Part shown: positions 36,692 through 48,168 of the stretch, one piece after another
How the letters are laid out: each line of letters starts with the position of its first letter
Numbering within the stretch: position 1 is the stretch's first letter
Assembly (NCBI GenBank): GCA_964016885.1
Contig: OZ024764.1
Span: 20,336,001 to 20,400,000 of the forward strand
Direction: 5' to 3'
Source of the DNA: Eledone cirrhosa
Lineage: Eukaryota
DNA length: 64,000 nucleotides
The notes under the pieces: generated by a model
The model's input: only the letters and a program-made list of their open reading frames with translations
The model's database searches: none
What the model was told of the DNA's origin: nothing
Made by a program: the position numbers and the translations under genes

Positions 36692-36988
36692 AATCTGATG
36701 TCACTAATAACTACTTTTATCTGTCAGTATAATCTAATGTCACTAATAACTACTTTTATCAGTCAGTTTAATCTAATGCCACTAATAACTACTTTTATCA
36801 GTCAGTTTAATCTAATGTCACTAATAACTACTTTTATCAGTCAGTTTAATCTAATGTCACTAATAACTACTTTTATCAGTCAGTTTAATCTAATGTCACT
36901 AATAACTACTTTTATCAGTCAGTTTAATCTACTGCCACTAATAACTACTTTTATCAGTCAGTTTAATCTACTGCCACTAATAACTAAC
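36692..36988. repeat. 39-bp minisatellite, about 7.5 copies
   Basis: Same unit as 2727-3530. Confidence 0.95.
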
Positions 36989-37946
36989 CTATGTTAGGCA
37001 GCACATTCTTCACCAAGGAAGGCCTTAGTATTTATTACAGTCCATTTATCAATATAGAAATATTATATGAAATTTGTACTGATGTATTACAAGTTTCTCA
37101 GTATCTTATAATGTTCTTTTATTATTTCAGAATACCAGAGGACATTGGCATTAAAGAGCACGTTACATCAGACATATCCTCAACATTAACCATTTCTAAT
37201 GAAAGACACTACCCATCATTTTCAAATAATTTTGAAAACACTCAACACTTTGAAGGGATTTAGTAATATAACTAAAGTTCTCAGTATTAAGCTGCTATTT
37301 GGAACATAACTTTGCAGAATTTCATGAAGTTATAATGGAAAGTTTTTAGATACATATAAAGACTGATATGAAAAGGATAAAACACTTTTATATAAGTTGT
37401 TTCATCAACACTATTATTTTAAGACTAAAGGAAGCTGTTAGACATAACAGATACAACCTTGTTTATATAAATCTATGGGAGAAATACTGTGAAATATTTC
37501 TTGTAAACTCAATACCACTTCTATTCTTTGCTGTCTGGAATATGTAGAAGATACAAAATAAAGCTGAAGAAATTCACAAATGATTTTGTAAGATCTTCAT
37601 ATATTGACAAAGTTGATAGTAGATGGAACTACAGGAGTAGAAATATTTCCATTATTACAGGAATAACTAATCAAATGAAGACCAGAAAAATTAGATTCTT
37701 CACTGTCTGGAATATGTACAAGAGGATTTTATATGTATATTAAACTTGAAGAGATCTACAAAACAGTTTGTATCATCTTTAAATATAAAGAAAGACCAAA
37801 GTTGATGTAAATATATCTGGAGGATTATGTTTTAAGAATAATATTATAAACATAAAGAAGAAAAATATCCATATATTGACAGGAGAAAAATATTAAAACT
37901 GAATTAAGTGAGAAACTGAGGTGATTGATATCTTTTAGTAGGAGAT

Positions 37947-39221
37947 ATGTCGAAAAATATAGTAAAATCACCATTCCACTGTGATGTCTGTGGTAAATCA
38001 TTCTCTAAAAATAATAAATTAACTAGACACAAACTAAGTCATACAGAAGAGAAGATATATCACTGTGATATCTGTGGTAAATCATTCTCTAAAAATAATA
38101 AATTAACTAGACACAAACGTATTCATACAGGAGAGAAACTATATCAGTGTGATATCTGTGATAAGTCATTTTCTCAAACTTATACCTTAAATATTCATAA
38201 GTGTATTGGTACAGGAGAGGAGCCATATCACTGTGGTATATGTAGTAAATCATTCTCTTACAGAAGTAGCTTTGTTAAACACCAACGTATTCATACAGGA
38301 GAGAAACCATATCACTGTGATATCTGTAGTAAATCATTCTCTGACAGAAGTAGGTTTGTTAAACACCAACGTATTCATACAGGAGAGAAGCCATATCACT
38401 GTGATATCTGTGATAAATCATTCTCTCAGAGTAATCACTTAACTACTCACAAACGTATTCATACAGGAGAGAAACCATATCACTGTGATATCTGTGGTAA
38501 AACGTTCTCTAAAAATAATAACCTAACTACTCACAAACGTATTCATACAGGAGAGAACCCATATCATTGTGATATCTGTGGTAAATCATTCACTTGTAGT
38601 CATCACCTAACTACTCACAAACGTATTCATACAGGAGAGAAGCCATCTCAATGTGATATCTGTGATAAATCATTCAGTGACAGTAGTAGCTTCAGAGTTC
38701 ACAAACAAATTCATACAGGAGAGAAGCCACATCACTTTGACATCTGTGGTAAATCATTCAGTCACAATAATACCTTAACTAAACACCATCGTATTCATAC
38801 AGAAGAGCAGCCATATCACTGTGATATCTGTGGTAAATCATTCTCTCAGAGTAATCACCTAACTACTCACAAACGTATTCATACAGGAGTGAAACCATAT
38901 CACTGTGATATCTGTGGTAAAACGTTCTCTAAAAATAATAACCTAACTACTCACAAACGTATTCATACAGGAGAGAAACCATATCACTGTGATAAAACGT
39001 TCTCTAAAAACAATAACCTAACTACTCACAAACGTATTCATACAGGAGAGAACCCATATCATTGTGATATCTGTGGTAAATCATTCACTTGTAGTCATCA
39101 CCTAACTACTCACAAACGTATTCATACAGGAGAAAAGCCATATCACTGTGACATCTGTGGTAAATCATTCTCTTGTAGTGGTAACTTAACCAAGCATGTG
39201 CGTATTCATACAGAAGTTTAG
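37947..39221 (+). CDS. Tandem C2H2 zinc-finger protein ZNF3, 15 fingers (3, 10 and 13 defective)
   Basis: 424 aa; finger 3 second His->Gly, finger 10 Cys->Phe, finger 13 in-frame 9-bp deletion (HCDKTF). Confidence 0.93.
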   Translation: MSKNIVKSPFHCDVCGKSFSKNNKLTRHKLSHTEEKIYHCDICGKSFSKNNKLTRHKRIHTGEKLYQCDICDKSFSQTYTLNIHKCIGTGEEPYHCGICSKSFSYRSSFVKHQRIHTGEKPYHCDICSKSFSDRSRFVKHQRIHTGEKPYHCDICDKSFSQSNHLTTHKRIHTGEKPYHCDICGKTFSKNNNLTTHKRIHTGENPYHCDICGKSFTCSHHLTTHKRIHTGEKPSQCDICDKSFSDSSSFRVHKQIHTGEKPHHFDICGKSFSHNNTLTKHHRIHTEEQPYHCDICGKSFSQSNHLTTHKRIHTGVKPYHCDICGKTFSKNNNLTTHKRIHTGEKPYHCDKTFSKNNNLTTHKRIHTGENPYHCDICGKSFTCSHHLTTHKRIHTGEKPYHCDICGKSFSCSGNLTKHVRIHTEV

Positions 39222-39854
39222 CTGTATCAATATCAAACTCATTACATCATACTACAACAACAACAACAATTGTGTAGATCCATCATCCTTGCTAAAACTG
39301 GGGTTAACCTTGTAGGTTTTACCTATGACAGGGATCATAAACACCAGGTTTCCATTTTTGAAGTAGTGTTTGAAGATTTTGTGTAAATTGAAGTTTTTCA
39401 CATTAAACTTTGATTTATTATACTTTAACAGGTAAGATATATATTTGTATTTTTAGTAAAGGTTGGGAACTTCTGTAATTTAAACCTGCCAATAAAATGA
39501 AAGCTTTTGTTGTTGTTAGTCAGACATTGATATTAATTCTATTGTCCTGTACATTGTCTCAAATATCACAGATTAAACAGATTTTAACAATATCAAGAGA
39601 AATCAATAACTTGTAAGCCTAATATCTAGCTTCCATTTTAACTATTTGATATTGTTGTTCCCCTCCTGTCTATTCAGGTCTTTTAGATTTCAACTTCTAT
39701 CTACTGTACTATTCCATCACCAAGGCAACATTCATCTGGCTGGCAGCTTACATCAACTACAGATCTCATCAGTGGTTCACAAGAGGCTGTCTGAAAGAAA
39801 CTTGCAGATATCTTCTATGTCATAGCTATCAATATCCTCCTCCTTATCATATGT

Positions 39855-40510
39855 ACCACTCTCACAGTCCCTCTAGATCTTATATTTAACAGGGAGATCT
39901 TTTACTGTCCCTACCCTTTTCTCTAGATTGTCTTGTACCTCTCTTACAGTCCCTATATATATCTTCTATTTAACAGGGAGATCTTTTACTGTCCCTACCC
40001 TTTTCTCTAGGTTGTCTTGTATCTCTCACAGGCCCTCTATATCTTATATTTAACAGAGAGATCTTTTACTATCCCTACCCTTTTCTCTAGGTCGTTTTGT
40101 ACCTCTTTCACAGTCCCTCTAGATCTTATATATAACACGGAGATCTTTTACTATCCCTACCCTTTTCTCTAGGTATCCCTCTAGATCTTATATTTAACAG
40201 GGAGATCTTTTACTGTCCCTACCCTTTTCTCTAGATTGTCTTGTATCTCTTTCACAGTACCTCTAGATCTTATATTTAACAGGGAGATCTTTTACTAGCC
40301 CTACCCTTTTCTCTAGGTTTTCTGTTACCTCTCTCACAGTCCCTCTAGATCTTATATTTAACAGGGAGATCTTTTACTGTCCCTACCCTTTTCTCTAGGT
40401 TGTCTTGTACCATCTCACAGTCCCTCTAGATCTTATATTTAACAGGGAGATCTTTTACTCTCCAACCCTTCTACAGATAGTTTTGTATCTGTCAGTCCCT
40501 CTAGATCTTA
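39855..40510. repeat. ~82-bp minisatellite within an RTE relic, about 8 copies
   Basis: Same unit as 20093-20575. Confidence 0.9.
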
Positions 40511-40800
40511 CACCTAGTATCTAGTCTATGTTGAGTGGTACGTCCTTCTCCAGTAAAGGAGTTAATATTCCCAACCATCTGTCTATCCTGTTTTCTGATG
40601 AGAATGAAGTCAATCTAGTTTATCTCTTCACCTGATTGAAGTAACTAGATCAAGTAACTAGATGAATTCCTGTAAGTTAGTGTTGCAGTGTTTGTGCCAC
40701 CATGTAAGGTTTATATCTATTAATATAGAGATGTAGTAAAGTTTTCACTGTTGTATCTCTATTTTCTAAATATCTTAATAATGTTTCTCTACTATTTCAG

Positions 40801-41245
40801 AATATCACATGACCTTGACAGAAAAGAGTCTTTTAAAGACAACAGAAAGATGTTACATACCAGTGATATAAACTTGTTTAGTCTGTGGTGAATTATGGTG
40901 AAATATTTCTTCTGAATTGAGATAAATAACAACATTTTCCTTTTTCTCTGTCTGGAATATTTACAAGATGATTTTACATTCTGATTAAATTTTAGATATT
41001 TACAAAGGAGTTTTCAAAATATTTGGATATTGACAAAGATCACATTTGATAAAATTATGAACAATAGAAATATTTACATCAACATAGGAATATTTTCCAG
41101 AAGAGATGGGAAAATCATTATACCACAGTAATATTTGTGGTAAAGTATTCTCTCTTCTTTATATGTAGAACATCTAACTAAACACTTTAATTAACAAACT
41201 ATTGTGCTATAGAATTGACAAACTTGAGCAATGTTTAATAAATGT
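40801..41245 (+). pseudogene. Relic ZNF terminal exon, copy 3
   Basis: Paralog of 6441-6885; first Cys further mutated (CAC AGT). Confidence 0.65.
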
Positions 41246-41296
41246 TACAGATTTCTCCAAACTGTCGTTTACTAACTTTAATTTGAAGCTATATTA

Positions 41297-41649
41297 TCTA
41301 TATACTACTAAAACTCTGTGATTGTGTCTTGTCTGTAATTTAATACAGCTAAAACAGTGCATAATGGGGAAATACTTTGAAAAGAATAAAAGAAGTTTTG
41401 TATAAATTGGAGCACAGGTTCCCAAGATACGGGGATTTCTGGGTACCTTGATAAATATAGGGAGAGAAAGAGATAGTGGTTGTGAGAGTGAGGAGACAGA
41501 TGGAAGAGAGAGTGAGAGCTGGTGGTGTTTAATAAAATGTGTGTGTGTGTATATATATATATACGTATGTGTATATTTTAACTATTTTAAAATGATTTTT
41601 AAAAAATAGTTTTAAGGCAACGTGACCCAACAGGTCCCGGGTGGTCTAG
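41297..41649 (+). mobile_element. Non-autonomous Helitron, copy 3; a second partial copy spans ~41708-46315 and is split by RTE insertions
   Basis: A|TC...hairpin...CTAG|T; second CTAG|T end at 46312-46315. Confidence 0.75.
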
Positions 41650-41860
41650 TTTGTTACTAAATACTAGATGGTTTCCTGTAAGTTAGTGTTGCAGTGTTTG
41701 TGTCACCAAGTTTTGTATAAAATGGAGCACAGGTTCCCAAGATACGGGGTTTTCTGGGTACCTTCATAAATATAGGGAGAGAAAGAGATAGTGGTTGTGA
41801 GAGAGAGAGGGAGCTGATGGTGTTGTTAAATAAAATATATATGTGTATATATATATATAC

Positions 41861-44800
41861 ACTCTCTCTAACATATAAGTCCCTCTCGCTCTCCCTAATA
41901 TAAATAAGAATGTTACGAAGGACAGAACCTCAGAATTTGTCAACCCTTATTAAATGGTCAGTCGATTCTACGAAAATGTAATGTATTATAGAACATTTTC
42001 TTCTTGTCTCCTTAAAACCTGGTTCATTCATCCATATATATCTACAATCGTTGCTATCCTTGCCCTAAATTAATCTTCTCCACGCTTGTTCTAAATAATC
42101 TCTCTCTTTGCTAACTACCCCATATCCCTCCCTCCCGCCCCCACTCTCCACCTTTACTATTTGGACCAATCACAAGTCAACGGCCTATGCTATCACTACT
42201 GGCTGATTTTCGATATGATGGATGGACTAAGGAATTTCTGGAGAGTCTGAAGAATCTGGACACTCGATGACAATGCCAAAGATAACGACAAATTCACCTC
42301 ATGCTGGCGGACGAAAGGGCAAGGCCCCCCCCCCTCTTTGTTTCGGCCGCGGATGGCCAACATAACCCCAAACTCATTCCCCTCACCCCTCCCCGCGCCC
42401 CATCCTCAAAACACAATCCAAAACTTCAGAGTTGGTACCATGAACGTAGGCACCTTAAAAGGCCGCTCTAACGAGGTTGTAGAAATGCCTGAACGTAAGG
42501 AGGTTGATGTTTGCTGTATCCAAGAGACCAGGTGGAGGGGCGGGTCTGCTAGATTCATTGTGGGTAAAAAAACGTTGCTATAAGCTTTTCTGGGTGGGGA
42601 ATGACAATGGGATAGGTGGGGTAGGAATCATGTTAGCAGAAAAATGGGTGGATAAGATAATAGATGTAAATAGAGTGAATAACAGAATAATTAAAATAAG
42701 ACTTGTTCTAAACAGAACTTCTGTGACAGTAATATCTGCATACGCGCCCAAATCCGGACTGCCTGGCGCTATAAAAGACAGATTCTATGAGACACTGATG
42801 CTCACTACCTCCCAAATAACCGACAGTGACTATATAATTATTGCTGGCGACCTAAATGGCCACGTTGGACAACATTGTGACGGCTATGACGGAATCCACG
42901 GAGGCTATGGGTTTGGTACTAGAAGCGAGGAAGGCTCCAGAATCCTGGAATTCTGTGATGCAAATAACCTAACAATCTGTAACACTAACTTCAAAAAACG
43001 AGACAATCACTTGATCACCTACAGATCAGGGGAACATACCAGCCAGGTAGATTATATCCTTACCAGAAGACGTGACAGAGTGTCTGTTGTAAACACTAAA
43101 TCCCTCCCCCATGAAGAATGCACCTCCCAACATAGACTGATAATTAGCGACCTCATAGTCAGGACGAGACGTACTAGACAGCAGAAGAGGACTATCCTCA
43201 GGAGAAAAATATGGAAGCTAAAGGATCCCACAGCCAGAAATAAATTTCAAAGCATATTACTTGATGCTTTCGACAGTAAGGAAGAGCAATTAGAGTCGTA
43301 CAAGGTAGAGGAACAGTGGGAATTCCTGAAAGCAAACCTGCTGATGGCGGCAGACGAAGTCTGTGGCTGGAGCAGGCCTGTAGGCAGGAGGAGAGTAACA
43401 TGGTGGTGGAACAGTAAGGTGGAGGGGTCAATCAAGGCCAAAAAGCAGGCTTGGAAAGCATGGCGGGATGGGGGAAGTAGAGAAGACTATCAAGTGGCCA
43501 GGAGGGAAGCTAGGAGACAAGTGTACTTCGCAAGAAGGGAAGCAGAGGAAAAAAAGTTCAAGCATGTTCTACAACGCGAGGACCAAAAACGTGAGGTGTT
43601 CAGGATTGCTAGGCAATGTGTCAAGGAAAACCGTGATATTGGTCGGGGAGAAGTGTGTACTTAACGATGATGGCGTACTTGCCATCACTGACGCTGATAA
43701 GAAGGTAGCTTGGAAGTGTCACTACGAAAGGCTACAAAATGAGGAGAATAAATGGGAGAAAGACAGTCTCCCCCACATCGACCCAATAGAGGGACCAGCA
43801 GTGTTAGTCGAAGGTAGTATAATAAGTAAGGCAATCAAAGATATGAAGACGGGTAAGGCGGCTGGGCCTTCGGAAATAGTTGCTGAGATGCTGAAAGCCT
43901 CTGGTACGGTGGGACACACCATGGTCACCCGGATAGTAAACCAAGTCATACAGAATGGGGTTGTTCCGAAGGACTGGCGTAGCAGCATCATCGTTAACTG
44001 TTACAAGGGTAAAGGAGACGCCCTAGATAGGAGTAACTATAGAGGTATTAAATTAATCGACCAGGTCATGAAGGTCATGGAAAAAGTAATAGCGCAACTA
44101 ATCAGAGAGAGAATTGATCTAGATGAAATGCAGTTTGGGTTTGTGTCAGGCAAAAGTACCACAGACGCTCTTTTCATTGAACGACAACTACAGGAGAAGT
44201 ACCTAGCTAAAAGTAAACCCCTATACTTAGCTTTTGTCGACTTGGAGAAACCCTTCGACAGAGTCCCCCGTTCCATTATCTGGTGGGCTCTAAGAAAACT
44301 AGGTGTTGACGAATGGCTTGTGAGAGCTATACAAGCCATGTATAAAGAAACAGCCAGCAAGGTTAGAATTAACAACGAATATAGTGAAGAGTTTAGCGTA
44401 AAAGTTGGTGTCCATCAGGGCTCTGTTCTTAGCCCCCTACTATTTATTATTGCCCTTCAGGCTATAACAGAGGAGTTCAAGACCGGCTGCCCATGGGAAC
44501 TCCTATACGCAGATGATCTAACGCTCATAGCTGAATCAATGGCCGAGCTAGAGAAGAAATTCCAAACATGGAAGCACGGCCTAGAATCAAAAGTCCTTAA
44601 AATTAACCTGGCTAAGACTAAAGTTCTAGTTTGTAGGAAAGAAAATAAGGCGCCGGTCCCTTCCGGGAAATGGCCATGCTCAGTGTGTAGGAAAGGCGTA
44701 GGTAGAAACTCCATTTTATGTCCCAAATGCAAAGTATGGGTGCATAAAAGATGTAGTGGGATCACAGGTAAGCTAACTAAGAACACAGATTTTACATGTG

Positions 44801-45848
44801 GCCGGTGCTCTGGTGCAATAAGTAGCAGCAAGTGCCCACAAAATACTAACTCTTTCAATTGCGCAGAGGGTTCTATAGCAATAGTGGACAGCTTCCGTTA
44901 CCTGGGTGACAACATCAGCAGTGGGGGAGGGTGCTCTGAAAGTACAGTAGCTAGAGTCAGAACTGGATGGAAAAAGTTCAGAGAGCTTATAACACTATTA
45001 GCCACTAAAGGGTTGTCCCTAAAAATGAAAGGCAGGTTATATGATGCCTGCATACGAACAGCAATGTTGCATGGCAGTGAGACCTGGGCATTGTGTGCAG
45101 AGGATATACGCAGACTAGAGAGGAACGAAGCTTGCATGCTCCGCTGGATGTGTAATAGTAATATACGTGAACAGCAAAGCATAAACGAACTAAGGAAAAA
45201 ATTAGAAATAAGAGGGATCAGATGTTGTTTACTCGAGAGAAGACTACGTTGGTATGGTCACGTGATGCGCATGAAAGACGACAGCTGTATAACAAAGTGC
45301 AGGGCAATAAAGATAGATGGTAGCCACGGAGTAGGCAGACCCAGAAAAACCTGGGACGAGCTGATAAATCCCGACCTCACACACTTACACCTCTCCAAGA
45401 CAATGTCACTGGACCGAGACCTTTGGCGGTACTCAGTAACAGAGAAGACCCGCCCTACCTAAATACAAAGTAAAACCTACTACAGTCAGTAGGCATCTCT
45501 AACAAAATACACCCCCGTCCCACCACCCCCACCCCATCCACACCGCCCCTTTCAATGTAAAGTTATGTTGGTGCCACAACATCCAGGCCGAAACAAATGA
45601 GATCGTGTAGGTGTCACGACAAAAAACACACAGTCCACGCTGTAATGTGGCCGTGTAGGCAACACGTTAAAAACCTCCCAGTCCCACACTGTAAATGTGA
45701 TTGGTGTTAGGAAGGGCATCCAGCCGAAGAAAACCCGCCAGACAGTCTTATGTGAGCAAGACAACCACTCTTGCCTCAAGTGGGAAAACTCCCGTCCAAA
45801 CCCATGCAAGCGTGGAACATGGACATTAAACGATGATGATGATGATGA
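41861..45848 (+). mobile_element. Apparently full-length (~4 kb) RTE-clade LINE
   Basis: 5' UTR, EN-RT-PHD-like ORF, 3' UTR and (GAT)n tail; flanked by a probable TSD ATATATATATATAC within a TA microsatellite. Confidence 0.92.
42338..45462 (+). pseudogene. RTE ORF (APE endonuclease + RT + PHD-like C4HC3 cluster) split by two +1 frameshifts
   Basis: GTMNVGTL/CIQETRW, SAYAP, GDLNGHVG, VDYIL, QHRLI, NYRGIKL, QFGF, HQGSVLSP, YADD, CSVC..CPKC..WVH..C..CGRC; shifts at ~42570 (A7 run) and ~43641. Confidence 0.92.
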
Positions 45849-45908
45849 TATATATATATATATACGTATGTGCATATATACGTATCTGTATATATATATA
45901 CGTATAAA

Positions 45909-46209
45909 GCATATAGACAATATGCCCCCACACCTCCCACTGCAAGGTGGTCGTGGAGGTGCCACGGCAAAAACGCACCCAGGCCACACTGTAAAGTGGA
46001 CGTGTAGGCGCCACGAAAAAGCACCCAGCACTCACTGTAAATGAGGTTGGTGTTAGGAAGGGCATCATGCTGTAGAAATCAAGCCAAATCAGTTCCTGTA
46101 TGAGCAAGGCATGGTCAGCCGACCAGACGCTGCCCACAAAAGGACAACCCGTCTAACCCATGCTAGCGTGGAAGAACGGACGTAAAACGGTGATGACGAT
46201 GATGATGAT
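45909..46209 (+). mobile_element. 5'-truncated RTE 3' UTR (same subfamily as 31769-32055)
   Basis: Matches the reverse complement of 31769-32053; (GAT)n tail; probable TSD ATATATATATACGTAT. Confidence 0.85.
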
Positions 46210-46714
46210 ATATATATATACGTATGTGTATATTTTAACTGTTTAAAAATTATTTTAAATGACTTTAAAAAATAGTGATAAAGGAACGTGACCCAACAGG
46301 TCGCGGGTGGTCTAGTTTGTTACTAAATACTAGATATTAGAGGGTCATGTTCTAGATGTGCTGGAAGAGCCATTCCATCTCGTGAGGCTCACACCAGCAG
46401 CTAGCCACCTCAGCACCTATGGTGGTATATTTATTATATTATTTATTCTTTATCATTAACATTAATATAAAAGATAATTATATATTTTTAGAGAAGAACC
46501 TCTAACTTCATATAGCTTAGGGCTTCAGTAGGTAAAAGTCTGGCCCTGCTTGTCTTATATTTTTTAGGGTAGAAGTTAGGGAATACTGTTATTGTGTGAA
46601 AGTTTTCTAAATCTTCTTCAACCACTAACATGGAGAAGATATTTCAGTAAAAAGGTTCACATCCTGACATCTATAGCTGTTAACAAGGAGATTGGAATTC
46701 ATTATTAAACAAAT

Positions 46715-47340
46715 CAGTTTTTCCACGCTGGCATGGGTTAGACGAGTTATCCTGTTATAAGCAATGCCAGGTCAGGTGACCATGTCTGGCTCCTACAGAA
46801 CAAATTTTGGTTTGGTTTCTACAGCTGGATGCCCTTCCTAACACCAACCTTATTTATATTGAGTACTGGGTGCATTTTACCATCACGACCACTTTCCAGT
46901 CTGGACTGGGTACTTTTTGTTGTGACACCTACATGACCTCTTTACAGTTTGGACTGGGTGCTTTTTGTGGTGACACCTACATGACCACTTTATAGTGTGG
47001 ACTGGGTACTTTTTGTTGTGACACCAACATGACCACTTTAAAGTTTTGGCTGGGTACTTTTTGTGGTCACCTACATGACCACTTTACAGTGTGGGCTGGG
47101 TGCTTTTTGCCGTTACACCTACATGACCGCTTTACAGTGTGTGCTGGTTTCTTTTTGTCATATCACCTACATGACCACCTTATAATGTTGGCTGTGTGTT
47201 CTTTGCAGTGTGGGCTGGTTTCTTTTTGTCATATCACCTACATGACCACCTTATAATGTTGACTGTGTGTTCTTTGCAGTGTGGGTTGGGTGCTTTTTGT
47301 CATATCTCCTACCCAACCACTTTGCAGTGTGGGCAGTGAA
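46715..47340 (-). repeat. RTE 3'-UTR remnant with expanded ~48-bp tandem units
   Basis: Paralog of 24810-25265 with more units. Confidence 0.75.
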
Positions 47341-48168
47341 ATATCAGTAATGCACCAGCTCCAACATTCAGTAATCAGAAGAAGGGAGGTAGGCATAAAA
47401 GTCAAACTTGCTGTCTTCAATTAGGTTTTTGTGCCAACCCTTACCTATGGTCACATATCTTGGGTAATGACCAAAAGAATATGATTGCGAATACAAGTGG
47501 CAGATATGGGATTCCTCTGAAGGGTCTTTGAAGGACTTTTCTCAATAAAGTGCATAGCTCTGAGATCAGAGAGTCACTCCAGGTGGAGCTGTTACTTCTC
47601 CTAATTGAGAGATCACAGCTGCAATACTATGGCCATGTGGTTAGAATGTCTGAGGAAAGAATCACTGGATAGATTTTACCGGCTAAACTAACCGGCAGGA
47701 GACCCAGGGGTAGACCTGAGCAAGATGGTCACATAACATCCATGAGCTTGGCTGGTCTCTTTGGGAGATCCAGCCACATAAGTTGGAGTGGGTTGCTTCT
47801 GACAGGACCCGTTGAAGGGAGTGTTTGAGGACTCTGCCCCCAAGACCCTCTCTGGAATAAGTGGGTTAATAAGAAGAGGTTGAGGTTACATCATCAACAT
47901 CAGATTTCCCTGCTAGCAAAGGTTTAATGAGTCTACTTCAACCAAGTAAGTACTGAAGTGTGGCTACTGATCTCCCAGACAGACCAAGGATCTGAGACTT
48001 ATTTACATAAGGTCTCATTTGCTACTGAGTGCACAGAAAAGGTTGTCAAGTCTTTGTCATGATTGAAGGGTTCTCCGACACTATTGTCGGGCAAGCTTTC
48101 TATGGCTAGATGTCCTTCACATGACCAACCACATTACAACCTGTGTTGGGTGTGTTTATCATGTAGGT

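Noticed and set aside
38206-38442. Overlapping alternative-frame ORF in ZNF3, and antisense ORFs over the RT genes
   Set aside because: Expected shadow frames of periodic or coding sequence.
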